Assembly (NCBI GenBank): GCA_951406725.2
Contig: OX597829.1
Span: 13,764,001 to 13,828,000 of the forward strand
Direction of reading: 5' to 3'
Length of the DNA: 64,000 nt
Source: Octopus vulgaris
Taxonomy: Eukaryota
The position numbers and the translations under genes were made by a program. Positions 32,203-45,431 of the stretch are shown here, in pieces. Below the pieces are notes generated by a model that made no database searches, was not told where the DNA came from, and worked only from the letters and a program-made list of their open reading frames with translations. Position 1 is the stretch's first letter. Each line of letters starts with the position of its first letter.

Positions 32203-32271
32203 GATAAATTTCTTCTATTGACATAATATTGAGGTCCCTTTCTTTCTTTTGTTTTCATACTGTTTTTACCT

Positions 32272-32325
<54 letters not shown>

Positions 32326-32735
32326 TCATATGTTTTAATATTTCACTTAGGCTTTGCAAATCTAATAACCTGATATAGAACACAGTATACATATGCTTCA
32401 CTACTACGAAGCTTTAGTCGCTCACAGAGCGGTTATGAGTAAATGCGATGACATTCATATTCGAAACTCCATGGAAGCTATAATGTACTCAACTATGAGT
32501 CCACCGCATACCATAGCAGAAACAGCTGCAAGCTAGGGAAGTTCATATGATAATCGTTTATTCTTTTGTCATCACATTTACTGATATTTATATATATAGA
32601 TATATACGCATACATATGAAGGTGCAGAGCTAGGGGTATAGGTGTTTGGTGTAAATGGGATCGCCACGATTGTAAGATAAGCAAGTAGTTAAATAATTAA
32701 AAGGTAGATTGATAGATAAGCAGGTATGTCTGCAA

Positions 32736-34200
32736 TTAAGTAGGCAGGTAGGTTGGTAGGTAGGTATGTAGGTAGGTATGTAGGTAGGTATATAGGTAGG
32801 TAGGTATGTAGGTAGGTAGGTAGGTAGGTATATAGGTAGGTAGGTAGGTAGGTATGTAGGTAGGTAGGTAGGTAGGTAGGTATGTATGTATGTAGGTAGG
32901 TAGGTAGGTAGGTATGTAGGTAGGTAGGTAGGTAGGTAGGTTGGTAGGTAGGTAGGTATGTATGTATGTATGTAGGTAGGTAGGTAGGTATGTAGGTAGG
33001 TATGTAGGTAGGTAGGTATGTAGGTAGGTAGGTAGGTAGGTAGGTAGGTAGGTATGTATGTATGTAGGTAGGTAGGTAGGTAGGTAGGTTTGTATGTAGG
33101 TAGGTAGGTAGGTAGGTAGGTATGTAGGTAGGTAGGTAGGTAGGTAGGTAGGTAGGTAGGTAGGTAGGTATGTAGGTAGGTAGGTAGGTAGGTAGGTAGG
33201 TATGTAGGTAGGTAGGCAGGTAGGCAGGTAGTTATGTAGGAGGTAGGTAGGTAGGTAGGTAGGTAGGTAGGTAGGTAGGCAGGTAGGTAGGTAGGTTGGT
33301 AGGTAGGTAGGCATGTATGTATGTAGGCAGGTAGGTAGGCAGGTAGGTAGGTATGTAGGTAGGTAGGTAGGTAGGTAGGTGTGTAGGTAGGTAGGTAGGT
33401 ATGTAGGTAGGTAGGTAGGTAGGTAGGTAGGTATGTAGGTAGGTATGTAGGTAGGTATATAGGTAGGTAGGTATGTAGGTAGGTATGTAGGTAGGTATAT
33501 AGGTAGGTAGGTAGGTATGTAGGTATGTAGGTATGTAGGTTGGTAGGTAGGTAGGTAGGTAGGTAGGTAGCTAGGTAGGTAGGTAGGAATGTAGAAATGT
33601 AGGTAAGTAGGTAGGTTGGTAGGTAGGCAGGTAGGTAAGTAGGTAGGTAGGTAGGTAGGTAGGTAGGTAGGTAGGTATGTAGGTAGGTAGGTATATAAGT
33701 AGGGAGATATATGGGTAGGTAGGTTGGTAGGTAGGTAGTTAGGTATGTAGGTAGGTAGGTATGTAGGTAGGTATCTAGGTAGGTAGGTATATAGGTAGGT
33801 ATATATGTAGGTAGGTAGGTAGGTAGGTATGTAGGTAGATATATAGGTAGGTTTGTAGGTAGGTAGGTAGGTATGTAGGTAGGTAGGTATGTAGGTAGGT
33901 ATATAGGTAGGTATGTAGGTAGGTATGTAGGTAGGTATATAGGTAGGTAGGTATATAGGTAGGTAGGTAGGTAGGTAGGTAGGTAGGTAGGTAGGTTGGT
34001 AGGTATGTAGGTTGGTATTTAGGTAGGTAGGTAGCTAGGTATGTATGTAGGTATGTAGGTAGGTATATAGGTATGTTGGTATGTTGGTAGGTAGGTATGT
34101 TGTATTTAGGTAGGTTTGTAGGTATGTAGGTTGGCATGTAGGTACTACGTACGTACGTTCGTACTTAGGTAGGTAGGTAGGTAGGTAGGTAGGTATGTAG
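32736..34200 (+). repeat. ~1.45-kb degenerate (TAGG)n array
   Basis: Directly visible; TATG, CAGG and TTGG variants. Confidence 0.97.
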
Positions 34201-34651
34201 TGCTAGTACACTATGCCCGAAAAAATACTTGTATTGTACATGGAAGGAGACTTTTGAGGCCTGACCGGAAGTTAGGGGACACCAACAGCAACAGTGTTTG
34301 TTTTATATCAACTTAGCTTTACTATGAACAAAAATAAAATAACAATAAAACTTTTGCTTTTATTTTATTTTATTTTCAGAGTCTCAGAAATGTTTACATA
34401 ATTTACTTCTATTTAGCGTGACCAAAGACAGTGCCTTGGGATTGGCATATGTCCCATTCCTGGCAATAACATCTGTTTATTCCCTTGCTAGACCTTCCTA
34501 TAACTGTTGTTAAAGCCTCGCAATGTAAAATGATACTTTTATTGCTATAATGTACAATAAAACAGTTCAGGTGAGAAGTGTCAACCACGTTAAACGACCA
34601 GATTTTTTTTATATACTTCTATTTAATTGTTTTATTATACACATTATACTT

Positions 34652-34875
34652 ATAGGAGGAGGTGCTGAAGAGTTACCGGCTTTAAGTCTATCGTGAAAGG
34701 CCTGGTTGGAGGCCCAACCTTCCGAGTCTTGTTACAGGGTTTTCAAAAACTGAAGGACCGCTGCAATAAGTGTGTGAATCTGAGAAGGGAATATGTTGAA
34801 TAAAATCATAATTAACTGATCCTCCTGTATTTTCTTTTACGCAAAACAAGTAACTTTTCATCACTCCCTCATGTA
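34652..34875 (+). mobile_element. Internally deleted mariner-like element (MITE-sized)
   Basis: Imperfect TIRs gaggaggtgctgaagagtt / aacttttcatcactccctc, TA-flanked; transposase C-terminus WLEAQPSE...KLKDRCNKCVNLRREYVE*. Confidence 0.75.
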
Positions 34876-35859
34876 TGGAATCTGACATTTTTTTCATGGC
34901 TCACCAGTATATATGCTTTACTTGTTGTTCACTATTGCTCATGTAGTTTCGTTGTTGCTCCTAAGATCTAGGTCGACCTTAACTTATAACCAAATGTGTT
35001 TCATCCATGAGAACTTCCTTTTTCTTTGTCTTATTTTCTTTCTTCACGCATTTCTTCTGTGAAAGGTCGTTGTCGAATGTATCAAATATAATCTTTAAAA
35101 AAACATTCAAAGCAAATATTTCTGGCAGATCTTCTTATTAACTTAGGGGAGTTAATAAATATTGAATCACTTCTAAAAAGCTTGGTCTTGTACAAGACAA
35201 TTCCAGTGACAAATCACGAAAGTAGATAATAAATGAATGATTAAATGAATGAATGAATGAATGAATAAATAAATAAATAAATATGCGGATTCAAATTTGT
35301 AAATTTTTAGTCTTGCTGTAAAATTAGACCCCAAAATGGCTTTTATGACAACTCCTAAAATCCCGTATGTCCTAACTTTCAACACTGTATTGATAATCTG
35401 GATTGCTAACAATTATTCCAAAACACCGGAACCACTCGAGAGAATGTGAGATGTCTCTAAGAAACCTCTCTACTTGTTATAAATAGGAGCAAGATCCTTC
35501 AAACCTTGCTCATATCTCAACTCAACCACTTCTTACTTGGTGGGGAGGGGGAAAACAATAACAAACTCGTATATGTGTTACAGAAATGTGCCGTCCCATT
35601 TCTGAGAAAAGACGTATCTCGAAAATTGGGATCTTTGGGAGTAAAATGTTAAACACCGAAACTAAAGGGAATTTGGTGATTTTAGCCATTCCGTTATATT
35701 CATGACATCATGCCACCTATCCATGCCCATCGCGTGATATTTTTTCTTTTACTTTTGCGGAATCGGGGACCCAATGCCCCACTTCCAAAATCATAGTATG
35801 GTCATCTGTGGTAATAGGTTGCTTTCACAAACCCACTAAGACCGATTAAAATGGATTCC

Positions 35860-36125
35860 GTTAAAGGTGTTTGATGCAGGTTAGTACCTGCAGCATATAC
35901 ATAACTTCAGCCAGATCCAGAGGTTCAATATTCTGGTGGAAGAAGGAATGGGTATAGGGGTTAGTGCGTGTGTAAAGCTTGGACACAATGTGGATTACGA
36001 CAGGAGAATTACTTGAGGCGAGGATGCTTAGTGGTGGCCTGGAACTAGCCGGTTCGGAGAAAAAGCGATAGCGGTAGAACGAAAGATGAAAGCGCTTGTG
36101 TGAGTTAGACATTGGAAATGCCTCT
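35860..36125 (-). mobile_element. Degenerate CR1/L2-group LINE 3' fragment
   Basis: LSFYRY..SE.A..PP...RTNPYTHSFF resembles the conserved C-terminus of this group. Confidence 0.5.
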
Positions 36126-36289
36126 AATCTAAACAGTAACAATATCATTTCTATTTCTCATAAAGTTTGTATACTATGCTTTTTTTCTGGTTTTTTTTTT
36201 TACATTATTATTTTTTTATTGCCTTGGCTCACGATTGATGTTATTGCTGTAAAATTAATGTGGGCAGCAGGTTAGTACCTGTAACCTTA

Positions 36290-37120
36290 AATATCCACAT
36301 GAATTTTAATAATCCTTCAAGCTCTAAGAGAGAAACCTTCCGTAGAAGCTATACAGGACATTCCATTCCAATCAACTTTAACCATTTGTCTGTCATCACT
36401 CACAGTCCTTAATGCATCAATTATTACTGGTACAACCTTTACAGATTTCATATTCTAAATTTTCGCAATCCAAAATTTTAAGGTGTTGTATTTTTATCAA
36501 CTTTTCAAGCTAGATATAACAATATGTATACTAACTGACTCGTCATGTCCACTTGATGTAGGGATTTTGAAATCCCTACATCAAGTGGACATGACGAGTC
36601 AGTTAGTATACATATTGTTATATCTAGCTTATGTTCTGTCTACTTATCCGTTTAAATGAGAAAACGCCACAAATTCCTGCTTGTTTACGACTCAAGTACT
36701 CTTCCTACCCGATGATTGTACCATGTACTTCCTAATTCAACCCCCATTGTTGACAAAGCATCCAGGGTAAATCTTTCACAACTTGATGACGTCTTCATTT
36801 CTTATATTCTCCCTGGTCCAACTTGGGGTATTCTGTAACAATGTGTTCCATTGTTTTATCCCAGTCCCCACACACTGTACATTTTGTTGGCACCTTCTCA
36901 CCATGCATATTTCAATCTGTTTCTTTGCAGCGCTTGTTGTTGAGCTGCTATAACAAGGCTCTCTGTTTCTTTTCTCAATTGTCCTTTTTTCAACCAAACC
37001 CAAGGTTTTGTTCTACATCCATCATTAGTGACTTTTCCCAATTAACCAGGCAATGAATATATTCTGTTTGAATTTTATTTTTGTCTTTTTCACTTTATCC
37101 AGTTTTAATCACCAACTCAT
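36290..37120 (-). mobile_element. Old, decayed Dong/R4-type 3' fragment
   Basis: Broken frames give WYNH, LW.F.I.TDK..EH, KLDITI, CILTD.SCPLD and VKVVPVII.AL. Confidence 0.65.
36507..36630. repeat. Perfect palindrome, 61-bp arms with a 2-nt spacer
   Basis: 36507-36567 is the exact reverse complement of 36570-36630. Confidence 0.95.
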
Positions 37121-38161
37121 TATTCACTGTTGTAGCGAATAGACGCTGGTTGAATCCACTATAAGCGATACTATATTTTAGAAATGATAAAAAAATATGA
37201 AAAGGGTTAAATGTAGAAATATTTTCCTTTTACTATTGAAATAACGAGGAATACGAAAATAATATTTTCATGATTGTTATTATTTAAACATCTCGTATTA
37301 TCATTTTGATAGCCTATATTGTCATATCTATATTGTATATTATATGTGGACTCATAGCTAAACCTGAATATGTGAACGGGTGTGTGTCCGCGTGCATGTG
37401 CGTTTGCGCGCGCGCTTGCGTGAACGCGCGCGCTTGCGTGAACGCGCGTGCGTTTGTGTGTATGTGTGTGTATTAGAGAACCATGTTTCTATATAATGCA
37501 ATAATTATCACTAACAAATGAAAAAAGGAAACTTAATTTAATTTGAAGTATGTATAATGTTCTACAGAAGTTTCAATTCGCAGCGTATATAAGCAGGTTA
37601 AATTTGACATAATTTAGTGCATACTTAATATTCTATACCCCTAGAAAGTCTCGGTTTATAGTGTATATAGACAACTTTAGATATAGTCTTGCGTTTGATG
37701 CTTTACGATTATAGCTAAGCCTGCTACGTATAATAACCAAATGGCTCTCAAATTACACGCACTGTCTTCTAAACAAAATGTTGCATTGTGTCATCTAGTT
37801 GTAAAAGTTTCTAGCAACTCGAAGGCAATAACTGGGATGTTTTTCATTATATCTTCTGAATGAGGGTTCACTTAAAGCTAAACAAGAACAACTACACTAA
37901 CAATTTCACGCATACTTCTGAATGAGTATCGAAGTTATCATGCTTTAAACAGAGAAAAAACATCATCTAAAACTGCGATTCTTAACCAGGGAAAAATTTA
38001 TTTCAGGAAAATTATTTCAGGAATCCAGAAATAAATTCTCGGATTCCAAAGGAGAAATTTTTTTATGTTGAAAGAATCTTTTACTGTTAAGCACTGTCTA
38101 TTTATGAGTTTATTGTCATTAATGCTGATGATAAGGGTGTAAAAGTTAAAGTAATATGAGA

Positions 38162-38750
38162 CCGTTAATGTGATGTAATAGTGATGTATATAAGACTACT
38201 TTAATATAAATCCATTAATGTCATGTAATAATGTTGTATACAAAACTACTTTATTATAAAGCCATGTAATAGTATAGTGTACTAGACAACTTTAATATAA
38301 AGTTGTTAATGTTATGTAATACTGTTGTAAACAACATTACTTTGATTAGTAAACTGAGACGGCTATAGAGCACGATTAAACATTGAACTATATGTAAAAT
38401 TTTTATCTTTTGTTATTTTTTTAATAAAGAGATGTTCATTTAACGTAATAATATTGTATATATGACAAATAGAATGCTGTTAATGTTATGTAAAACAACT
38501 GGGTTATACATAACAATACTTTAGTGTAATTCCGTTAATGATTTTTAGTACTGTAGTATACAAAATTCCTTTAATATGAGATTATTAATATAATGTAATA
38601 ATATGTAAGACTAATATAACTGTTAATGTTATGTAATGAAGTGGATGCATGAAAGACTACGTCAATATGAAGTATATAATACGACGTATAGAATATGATT
38701 CTCTTGTATGCAGAACAAATTTAATATCAGCTATTAACGTTATGTAATAA
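38162..38750 (+). repeat. Degenerate ~50-bp minisatellite
   Basis: Unit like ccgttaatgtgatgtaatagtgatgtatataagactactttaatataaat recurs about ten times. Confidence 0.75.
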
Positions 38751-38869
38751 ATTGTGAAGTCTACAAAGATAATTGTTTTTCTTATAATATGTACTGCTAT
38801 AATACGTGCTGACGAATTGCTAAACGAAAGAAACACACATTAAAGAGTTTGATAGTATTTTTTTAGATA

Positions 38870-39245
38870 AGCGCAGGCGTAGCTGTGTGATAAGAAGCTT
38901 GCTTCCCAACCATATGGTTCGGGTTCAGTCCCACTGTGGCAAGATTCTTCAACTATAATTTCAAGCCAACAAAAGCCTTGTGGGTAAATATGTTAGACGG
39001 AAACTGAAAAGAGCATGTCATATATGAGTGCGTGTGTGTGAATGTGTGTGTATTTGTCTTCCATTACCACTTGATAACAGGTGTTGGTTTGTTTATGTCC
39101 CCATACTTAGCGGTTTGACAAAAAGAAACCAATAGAATAAGTATCAGGTTTTAAAAAATAAAAACTGAGGTCGAATCATTCAATTAAAAAAAACCGGTAC
39201 CCCAATATAGCCGCAGTCTACTAACTAAAACAGACAAAAGATTAA
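38870..39245 (+). mobile_element. Full-length tRNA/CORE SINE (an opposite-strand SINE tail follows at ~39285-39450)
   Basis: gcgcaggcgtagctgtgtg...gggttcagtcccactg...gccgcagtc. Confidence 0.8.
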
Positions 39246-39819
39246 AGATAGATGAGATGCAAATACAGGACCTTTATCGTTTATCTTTATTCATAAGACT
39301 ACAGCCATGATGAAGCACCACTTTGAAAGATTTAGCCCAACAAACCGAACCCAGTACATAATTTTAAGCCTGCAACATTTCCTATCGGCTCCTTTTTCGA
39401 AGTACTAAGTTATGTGGACGTAAACAAGAGACCATTGGAGACAAACACAAAGATACATACTCACATACATAAAAATATGTGTGTATGTGTGTGTGTGTGA
39501 ATATATGTATGCATGTATATTTATATATACATATCTATCTATCTTTATATATATATGTGCGTGTGCGTGTGCGTGTGTGTTTGTGTACATGATCCAAATA
39601 ATATGACAAAAATACTTTAACATCTTTAAAAATCAGTTACAATTGCTTCTGTACCAACTCTGCTTGCAATGCCAATTTATGCAGGTATGTATGTTTGTAT
39701 GTATGTATGCATGTATGTTTGTATGTAGGTATGCATGTATGTATGTATGTGTGTATGTATGTATGTATGTATGTATGTATGTATATATTTATGTATGTAT
39801 GTATGTATGTATGTTTATG

Positions 39820-40372
39820 TCAGGTCACTTTCGAGTGCTACTCGTAACATGTAACCCAGTACAACCTGTTGCATGGTCGGGTCGTCGGCGACTAAACCGG
39901 CAACCCCACCAAGCTTGCTTGGTGAGGAGGGTGTTTATTGGACACCCTGCGGGATGAAAAACAAAACCCGTCAAAGGGCGGAGGAACTCTTGAGAGTCAA
40001 CGGCCACCCAATAAATGTCTTAAGGATGCGTCATGCGCGAGGACATAGAAATAATCGGACTGAATACCCGATCGCGCGGTTAAACCATTGGTAGTGAAGG
40101 ACTCCTAGCCTTTGTTAGGGCATCCTTCTAGGAGAAGGTAACTCAGGTAACTGGGATAACTCCGACATAAAACCTACGGCTCAGTGGTTACCGATGATGT
40201 TGACTTGTTCTTCTTTTCGGATTATGGCTGCTGTTGCTTAGTGAGTGGGATTGACTCGGTGCACAGCCTTTCCTCACTTTAAAAACAGTCTTCTTGCACC
40301 GGCATTGCACGATAACAACATTGATTAAGCTCCGTACAATGGCCATACACGATAACGAGGGGGCAGCCACTA
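39820..40372 (+). mobile_element. Non-autonomous bipartite RTE-derived element
   Basis: RTE 5' UTR-like motif ctaggagaaggtaactc...aaacc; 3' end caatggccatacacgataacgagggggcagcca matches the RTE 3' end at 28268-28310 (-); (TATG)n flanks. Confidence 0.7.
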
Positions 40373-40414
40373 TGTATGTATGTATGTATGTATGTATGTA
40401 TGTATGTATGTATG

Positions 40415-40479
<65 letters not shown>

Positions 40480-40728
40480 GAGCAAAACGCCCCCCGTCCA
40501 ATGGACGGTGCTGAGTTGTCAAACATTTAAACTAAATTTTCTCAAAACAACTTGTCCGACCGTCCCATAGGCCTACCCTTTGGGAAACACTGATTTAACC
40601 TAAATTTGAGACACCAGCAAAAGAAGAAATAAAGATAGACATTTTTCTATTCCAAAGGAAAACGAATTTTATTCACATAAATATGCAACTGAAGAGTTTA
40701 AAAGTACCAGTAATGATAAGGCTGTTGA

Positions 40729-41032
40729 CTAGGAGAACACAAACATGGTTTAGACCGTAAGCTTGGCAGGAAAGAAACGTGCCTTTAAGCAGTACAAAAA
40801 CAACAAAAAATGGAAGGTGCAATTATGTACAGATTGACGGAAGAAAAGCAGGACAAAAACGGCTTTATTGATCGCATTCTCACTTGGAATCGATTTTTAA
40901 AATTTTTCAAGACTTATACATGCCTTGATACCGTCGGTATCTACATATCAAATTTGAGCGCAATCGGATGGAGGATGCTCGAGATTGGAGAAGACACACA
41001 CACACACAGACAGAACGATTTTATATAATAGA
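40729..41032 (-). mobile_element. Non-autonomous Helitron-like element
   Basis: Minus strand: host A, 5'-TCTATTATATAAAA, (TG)n, ...weak subterminal hairpin, CTAG-3', host T; no TSD. Confidence 0.6.
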
Positions 41033-41129
41033 TATGCACGTGTGTATGTATACACACACATATATATAATATACATATACATAAATGTGTATATGCGTGA
41101 GTGTGTGTATCTGTGTATATATACACACA

Positions 41130-41285
41130 CGACGGGTTTCTTCACAGTTTCCAACGTCTACCAAATCTACTCACAAGATATTGGTCGGTCCGGGACTATA
41201 CTCATTTGCCTAAGTTGCTGCGTGGTGGAATAGAATCCTATGATACGTAGTTGCAAAGCAAAATTTTTAACCACACAATCATATC
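41130..41285 (-). mobile_element. SINE 5' half, degenerate
   Basis: gacgggtttcttcacagtttcc...tctaccaaatctactcacaag. Confidence 0.65.
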
Positions 41286-41466
41286 TGTGTCCATATGCAT
41301 TGCTTTGATTTTATTTTTAACATTCTTTTGGTGAAGGGGGGTGGGCTCAAACCAAAATGACATTGTTGATAAGTATATAAAGCAATTAAAACCGTCAATT
41401 GTCAACGAGTTGAAAAATGTTCAGGAAAAATCGATGATGATAATGATGATGATGATGATGATGATG

Positions 41467-41532
<66 letters not shown>

Positions 41533-41682
41533 TAGACATTCACTAGTACAACACAAAAAAAAAACAAATATATGGCACACTAGGCATAACAACAATGTGA
41601 ACTTCCAACCTGTTGTCTCTTGAGGTCTCTGGGTGAGACTTGGAGCCAACTTGTACAGACATAAAGCAAAAGTCAATCATAG
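41533..41682 (+). mobile_element. Dong/R4 family-1 3' UTR-only copy inside (TAA)n
   Basis: Matches 46941-47087; (TAA)n on both sides. Confidence 0.8.
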
Positions 41683-41698
41683 AATAATAATAATGATG

Positions 41699-41784
<86 letters not shown>

Positions 41785-41799
41785 TATTATTATTATAAT

Positions 41800-44122
41800 A
41801 GAGACCCAAAAAAAACACCTGAATGGTTAGCAAGTGGCATTACTTACCTACTCCCAAAGAATAACGAAACCAACCTTCCAAAAACTATCGGCCTATTACC
41901 TGTCTATCCACCACGTATAAAATCCTAACATCTATCCTGGCGGAGAAAACATATGCATTCATGGAGAAGAACGATATTTCCCCCATTGAACAAAAAGGGT
42001 GCCGCCGAGGCTCTTACGGATGCAAAGATCAACTGCTAATCAATCGTATGATCCTTGAGAACTGTCACGACAAGCGCAGAAATCTCAGCACCGCATGGAT
42101 TGACTATAAAAAGGCCTTCGACAGTATACCGCATCCATGGATCTTGAGATCGCTGGACATCTTCAAAATTTCCCCTGTGATTTCAAACTTCCTGAAGCAC
42201 AATATGTCGTTGTGGAATACGAATCTCCAATTATACCACTCTAATGGAGTACTTGCCTCGAGAAAATATAAACATCAACTGTGGAATTTTTCAAGGTGAC
42301 TCACTTTCAACTTTAATATTCTGCATAGCCCTAATACCCCTTACAAGTGAATTAAACAGAACAGGGTATGGGTATAAAATTGCCAATAAAAAAATAAGCC
42401 ATCTATTTTATATGGATGACTTAAAACTTTATGGTAAAGACAATAATGAACTTGAAGGCCTATTGCGCACCGTGAAAGCATTCAGCGATGACATCGGAAT
42501 GGAGTTTGGACTTGAGAAGTGTGCCAAGGCCACTTTCCAGAAGGGAGAAATTAGAAGACCACAAATTCAGTCGTGTTAGATGTTGACACAATCATAAGAG
42601 AGCTTGAGCAAGAACAAACATACAAATATTTAGGGATAAATGAAGGCTCTGGTATTCAGCATGCAAGCATGAAAGAGGAAATCAGGAAGGAATGTTATAG
42701 GAGAGTTCGTGCAGTCCTGAAATCTGAACTCAAATGCACGTAACAAGGTGTTAGCTATAAATTCCTTAGCAGTTCCAGTTGTTACTTATAGCTACAATGT
42801 GTTGAACGCTGGAATATGAGTGAAGTAAAGAATATAGATAGAAAAATACGCAAGCTGCTGAGTTGTAATAGGATGCACCACCCAAAGGCAGACGTAGATC
42901 GCCTTTACCTTCCCAGAGCCAAGGAGGTCGAGGCCTGATCCAATTTGAACTAGCTTACAAAACAACCACAATTGGACTGGCCAAATATCTCGAAATATCG
43001 AATGACTGGATGCTAAAGCTCGTGGAACATCACGAGAGACGAAAGAAGCTTCATTCTATCATAAAGGAAAGCAAAAAATTTGCTATTGATCTCGTGCAGG
43101 ATACCCAAACTGAACAACCCGAGGGGAAGTACGGCAACTATTGTTGCAAAGAAGGTGAAAATGATGGCAATGAAAAAAGCGCACGAGCAATTGGCTGATA
43201 ATTGGGAGGAGAAACCTCTGCACGGCAAATATGTGACCCGTAGCAAACAAGCTGATGTTGACCAGAAGCAAACCCATCAGTGGCTACGGAGCTCAGGGCT
43301 AAAAGCAGAGAGCGAAGGTTTCATCCTGGCTGCTCAAGATCAAAGCCTATTAACTCGGAACTACCAGGCCAATGTGATGAAAAATGGAGCAGACCCAAAA
43401 TGCCGATTCTGCAACGACATGGTTGAAACAGTGGACCACCTGAAAATCTCTGGATGTAAAGTCTTAGCACCAGTGGAGTATAAATTAAGACATGACAGAG
43501 TTGGCCAATATCTACACTGGCTAATAAGTCGGCATTACAATATCAAAACCGCCGACAAGTGGTATAATCACCACCCTGAAGCTGTAACTGAAGGAGAAAA
43601 TGTAACGATTCTGTGGGACTTTCCAGTACATACAGACCGAACCATCAAAGCCAATAAACCAGATATTGTTGTGAAAGACCAAAACAATAAAGTTTGCTTA
43701 TTGATCGACATGAGCATCCTCTGTGATCATAATATCTCAGCGAAAGAGTTTGACAAGCTCAGAAAATATAAAGACCTACTCATTGAAATTGAGAAAATGT
43801 GGCATCTCAAGGCGGTTACAATACCAGTGATCGTAGGAGCACTAAGAATGATCAAGAAGGGAACCGAAAATTATATGAGAATGATCCCTGGCTTACCATC
43901 CCTGCAAGAAGTGCAAAAGATTGTCTTAACTGGTACATCACACGTATTGAGAAGAGCATTGTCGATGTGAGAACTGTTGCTGCTCAAAAAAAAAAAAAAA
44001 TGAACGAACTACTGAGTTTGGTTTAATGGCCTACCAATGTATACTATGAGATTCTTTGCCCTAGGAGTCGGGAAGACACTCGGCAAGAAATGATAGCAAA
44101 TTTGAAAGAAGAAGAAAAAAAA
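41800..44122 (+). mobile_element. Dong/R4-clade element (family 3), 5'-truncated, frameshifted RT + RLE
   Basis: PEWLASGITYLLPK, YRPITCL, EQKGCRRGSYGCKDQL, QGDSLS, YMDD (42409-42420), CRFC..ETVDH, RHD, NKPDIVV, KLRKYKDL; TAA flanks. Confidence 0.93.
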
Positions 44123-44195
44123 GTAATAATAATAATAATAATAATAATAGATATGCACGTGTGTATGTATACACACACGTATATATATAATAACA

Positions 44196-45332
44196 AATGA
44201 CTGGATGCTAAAGCTCGTGGAAAATCACGAGAGACGAAAGAAGCTTCATTCTTTATAAAGGAAAGCAAAAAATTTGCTATTGATCTCGTGCAGGATACCC
44301 AAACTGAACAACCCGAGGGAGTACGGCAACTATCGTTGCAAAGAAGGTGAAAATGATGGCAACGAAAAAAGCGCACGAGCAATTGGTTGATAGGTGGGAG
44401 GAGAAACCTCTGCACGGCAAATATGTGGCCCGCAGCAAACAAGCTGATGTTGACCAGAAGCAAACCCATCAGTGGCTACAGACCTCAGGGCTAAAAGCAG
44501 AGAGCGAAGGTTTCATCCTGGCTGCTCACGATCAAAGCCTTATTAACCCGGAACTACCAGGCCAGAAAGTATGATGAAAAATGGAGCAGACCCAAAATGC
44601 CGATTCTGCAACGACATGATTGAAACGGTGGACCACCTAATCTCTGATTGTAAAGTCTTAGCACCAGTGGAGTATAAATTAAGACATGACAGAGTTGGCC
44701 AATATCTACACTGGCTAATAAGTCGGCATTACAATATCAAAACTGCCGACAAGTGGTATAATCACCACCCTGAAGCTGTAACTGAAGGAGAAAATGTAAC
44801 GATTCTGTGGGACTTTCCAGTACATACAGACCGAACCATCAAAGCCAATAAACCAGATATTGTTGTGAAAGACCAAAACAATAAAGTTTGCTTATTGATC
44901 GACATGAGCATCCTCTGTGATCATAATATCTCAGCGAAAGAGTTTGACAAGCTCAGAAAATATAAAGACCTACTCATTGAAATTGAGAAAATGTGGCATC
45001 TCAAGGCGGTTACAATACCAGTGATCGTAGGAGCACTAGGAATGATCAAGAAGGGAACCGAAAATTATATGAGAATGATCCCTGGCTTACCATCCCTGCA
45101 AGAAGTGCAAAAGATTGTCTTAACTGGTACATCACACGTATTGAGAAGAGAATTGTCGATGTGAGAACTGTTGCTGCTCATGTATTTTAATTTAACTTAA
45201 AAAAAAAAAAACGAACTAACTATTGAGTTTAGTTTAATGGCCTACCAAGGTATACTATGAGTTTCTTTTGCCCTAGGTGTCGGGAAGACACTCAGCAAGA
45301 AAATGGAAGCAAATTTGAAAGAAGAAAAAAAA
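44196..45332 (+). mobile_element. Second, near-identical 3' copy of Dong/R4 family 3
   Basis: Repeats 43001-44122 with scattered substitutions and indels; followed by (TAA)n. Confidence 0.92.
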
Positions 45333-45431
45333 ATAATAATAATAACAATACTGATAATGATAATGATAATAATAATGATAATAATGATAATAATAATAAT
45401 AATAATATTAATAATAATATTAATAATAATA

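Noticed and set aside
38162-38750. Spaced repeats reminiscent of a CRISPR array (also 12195-12650)
   Set aside because: Whole units are homologous with no unique spacers, there are no cas genes, and the context is eukaryotic
40575-40592. ctttgggaaacactg hAT-like terminal repeat
   Set aside because: No matching partner TIR or 8-bp TSD was found nearby
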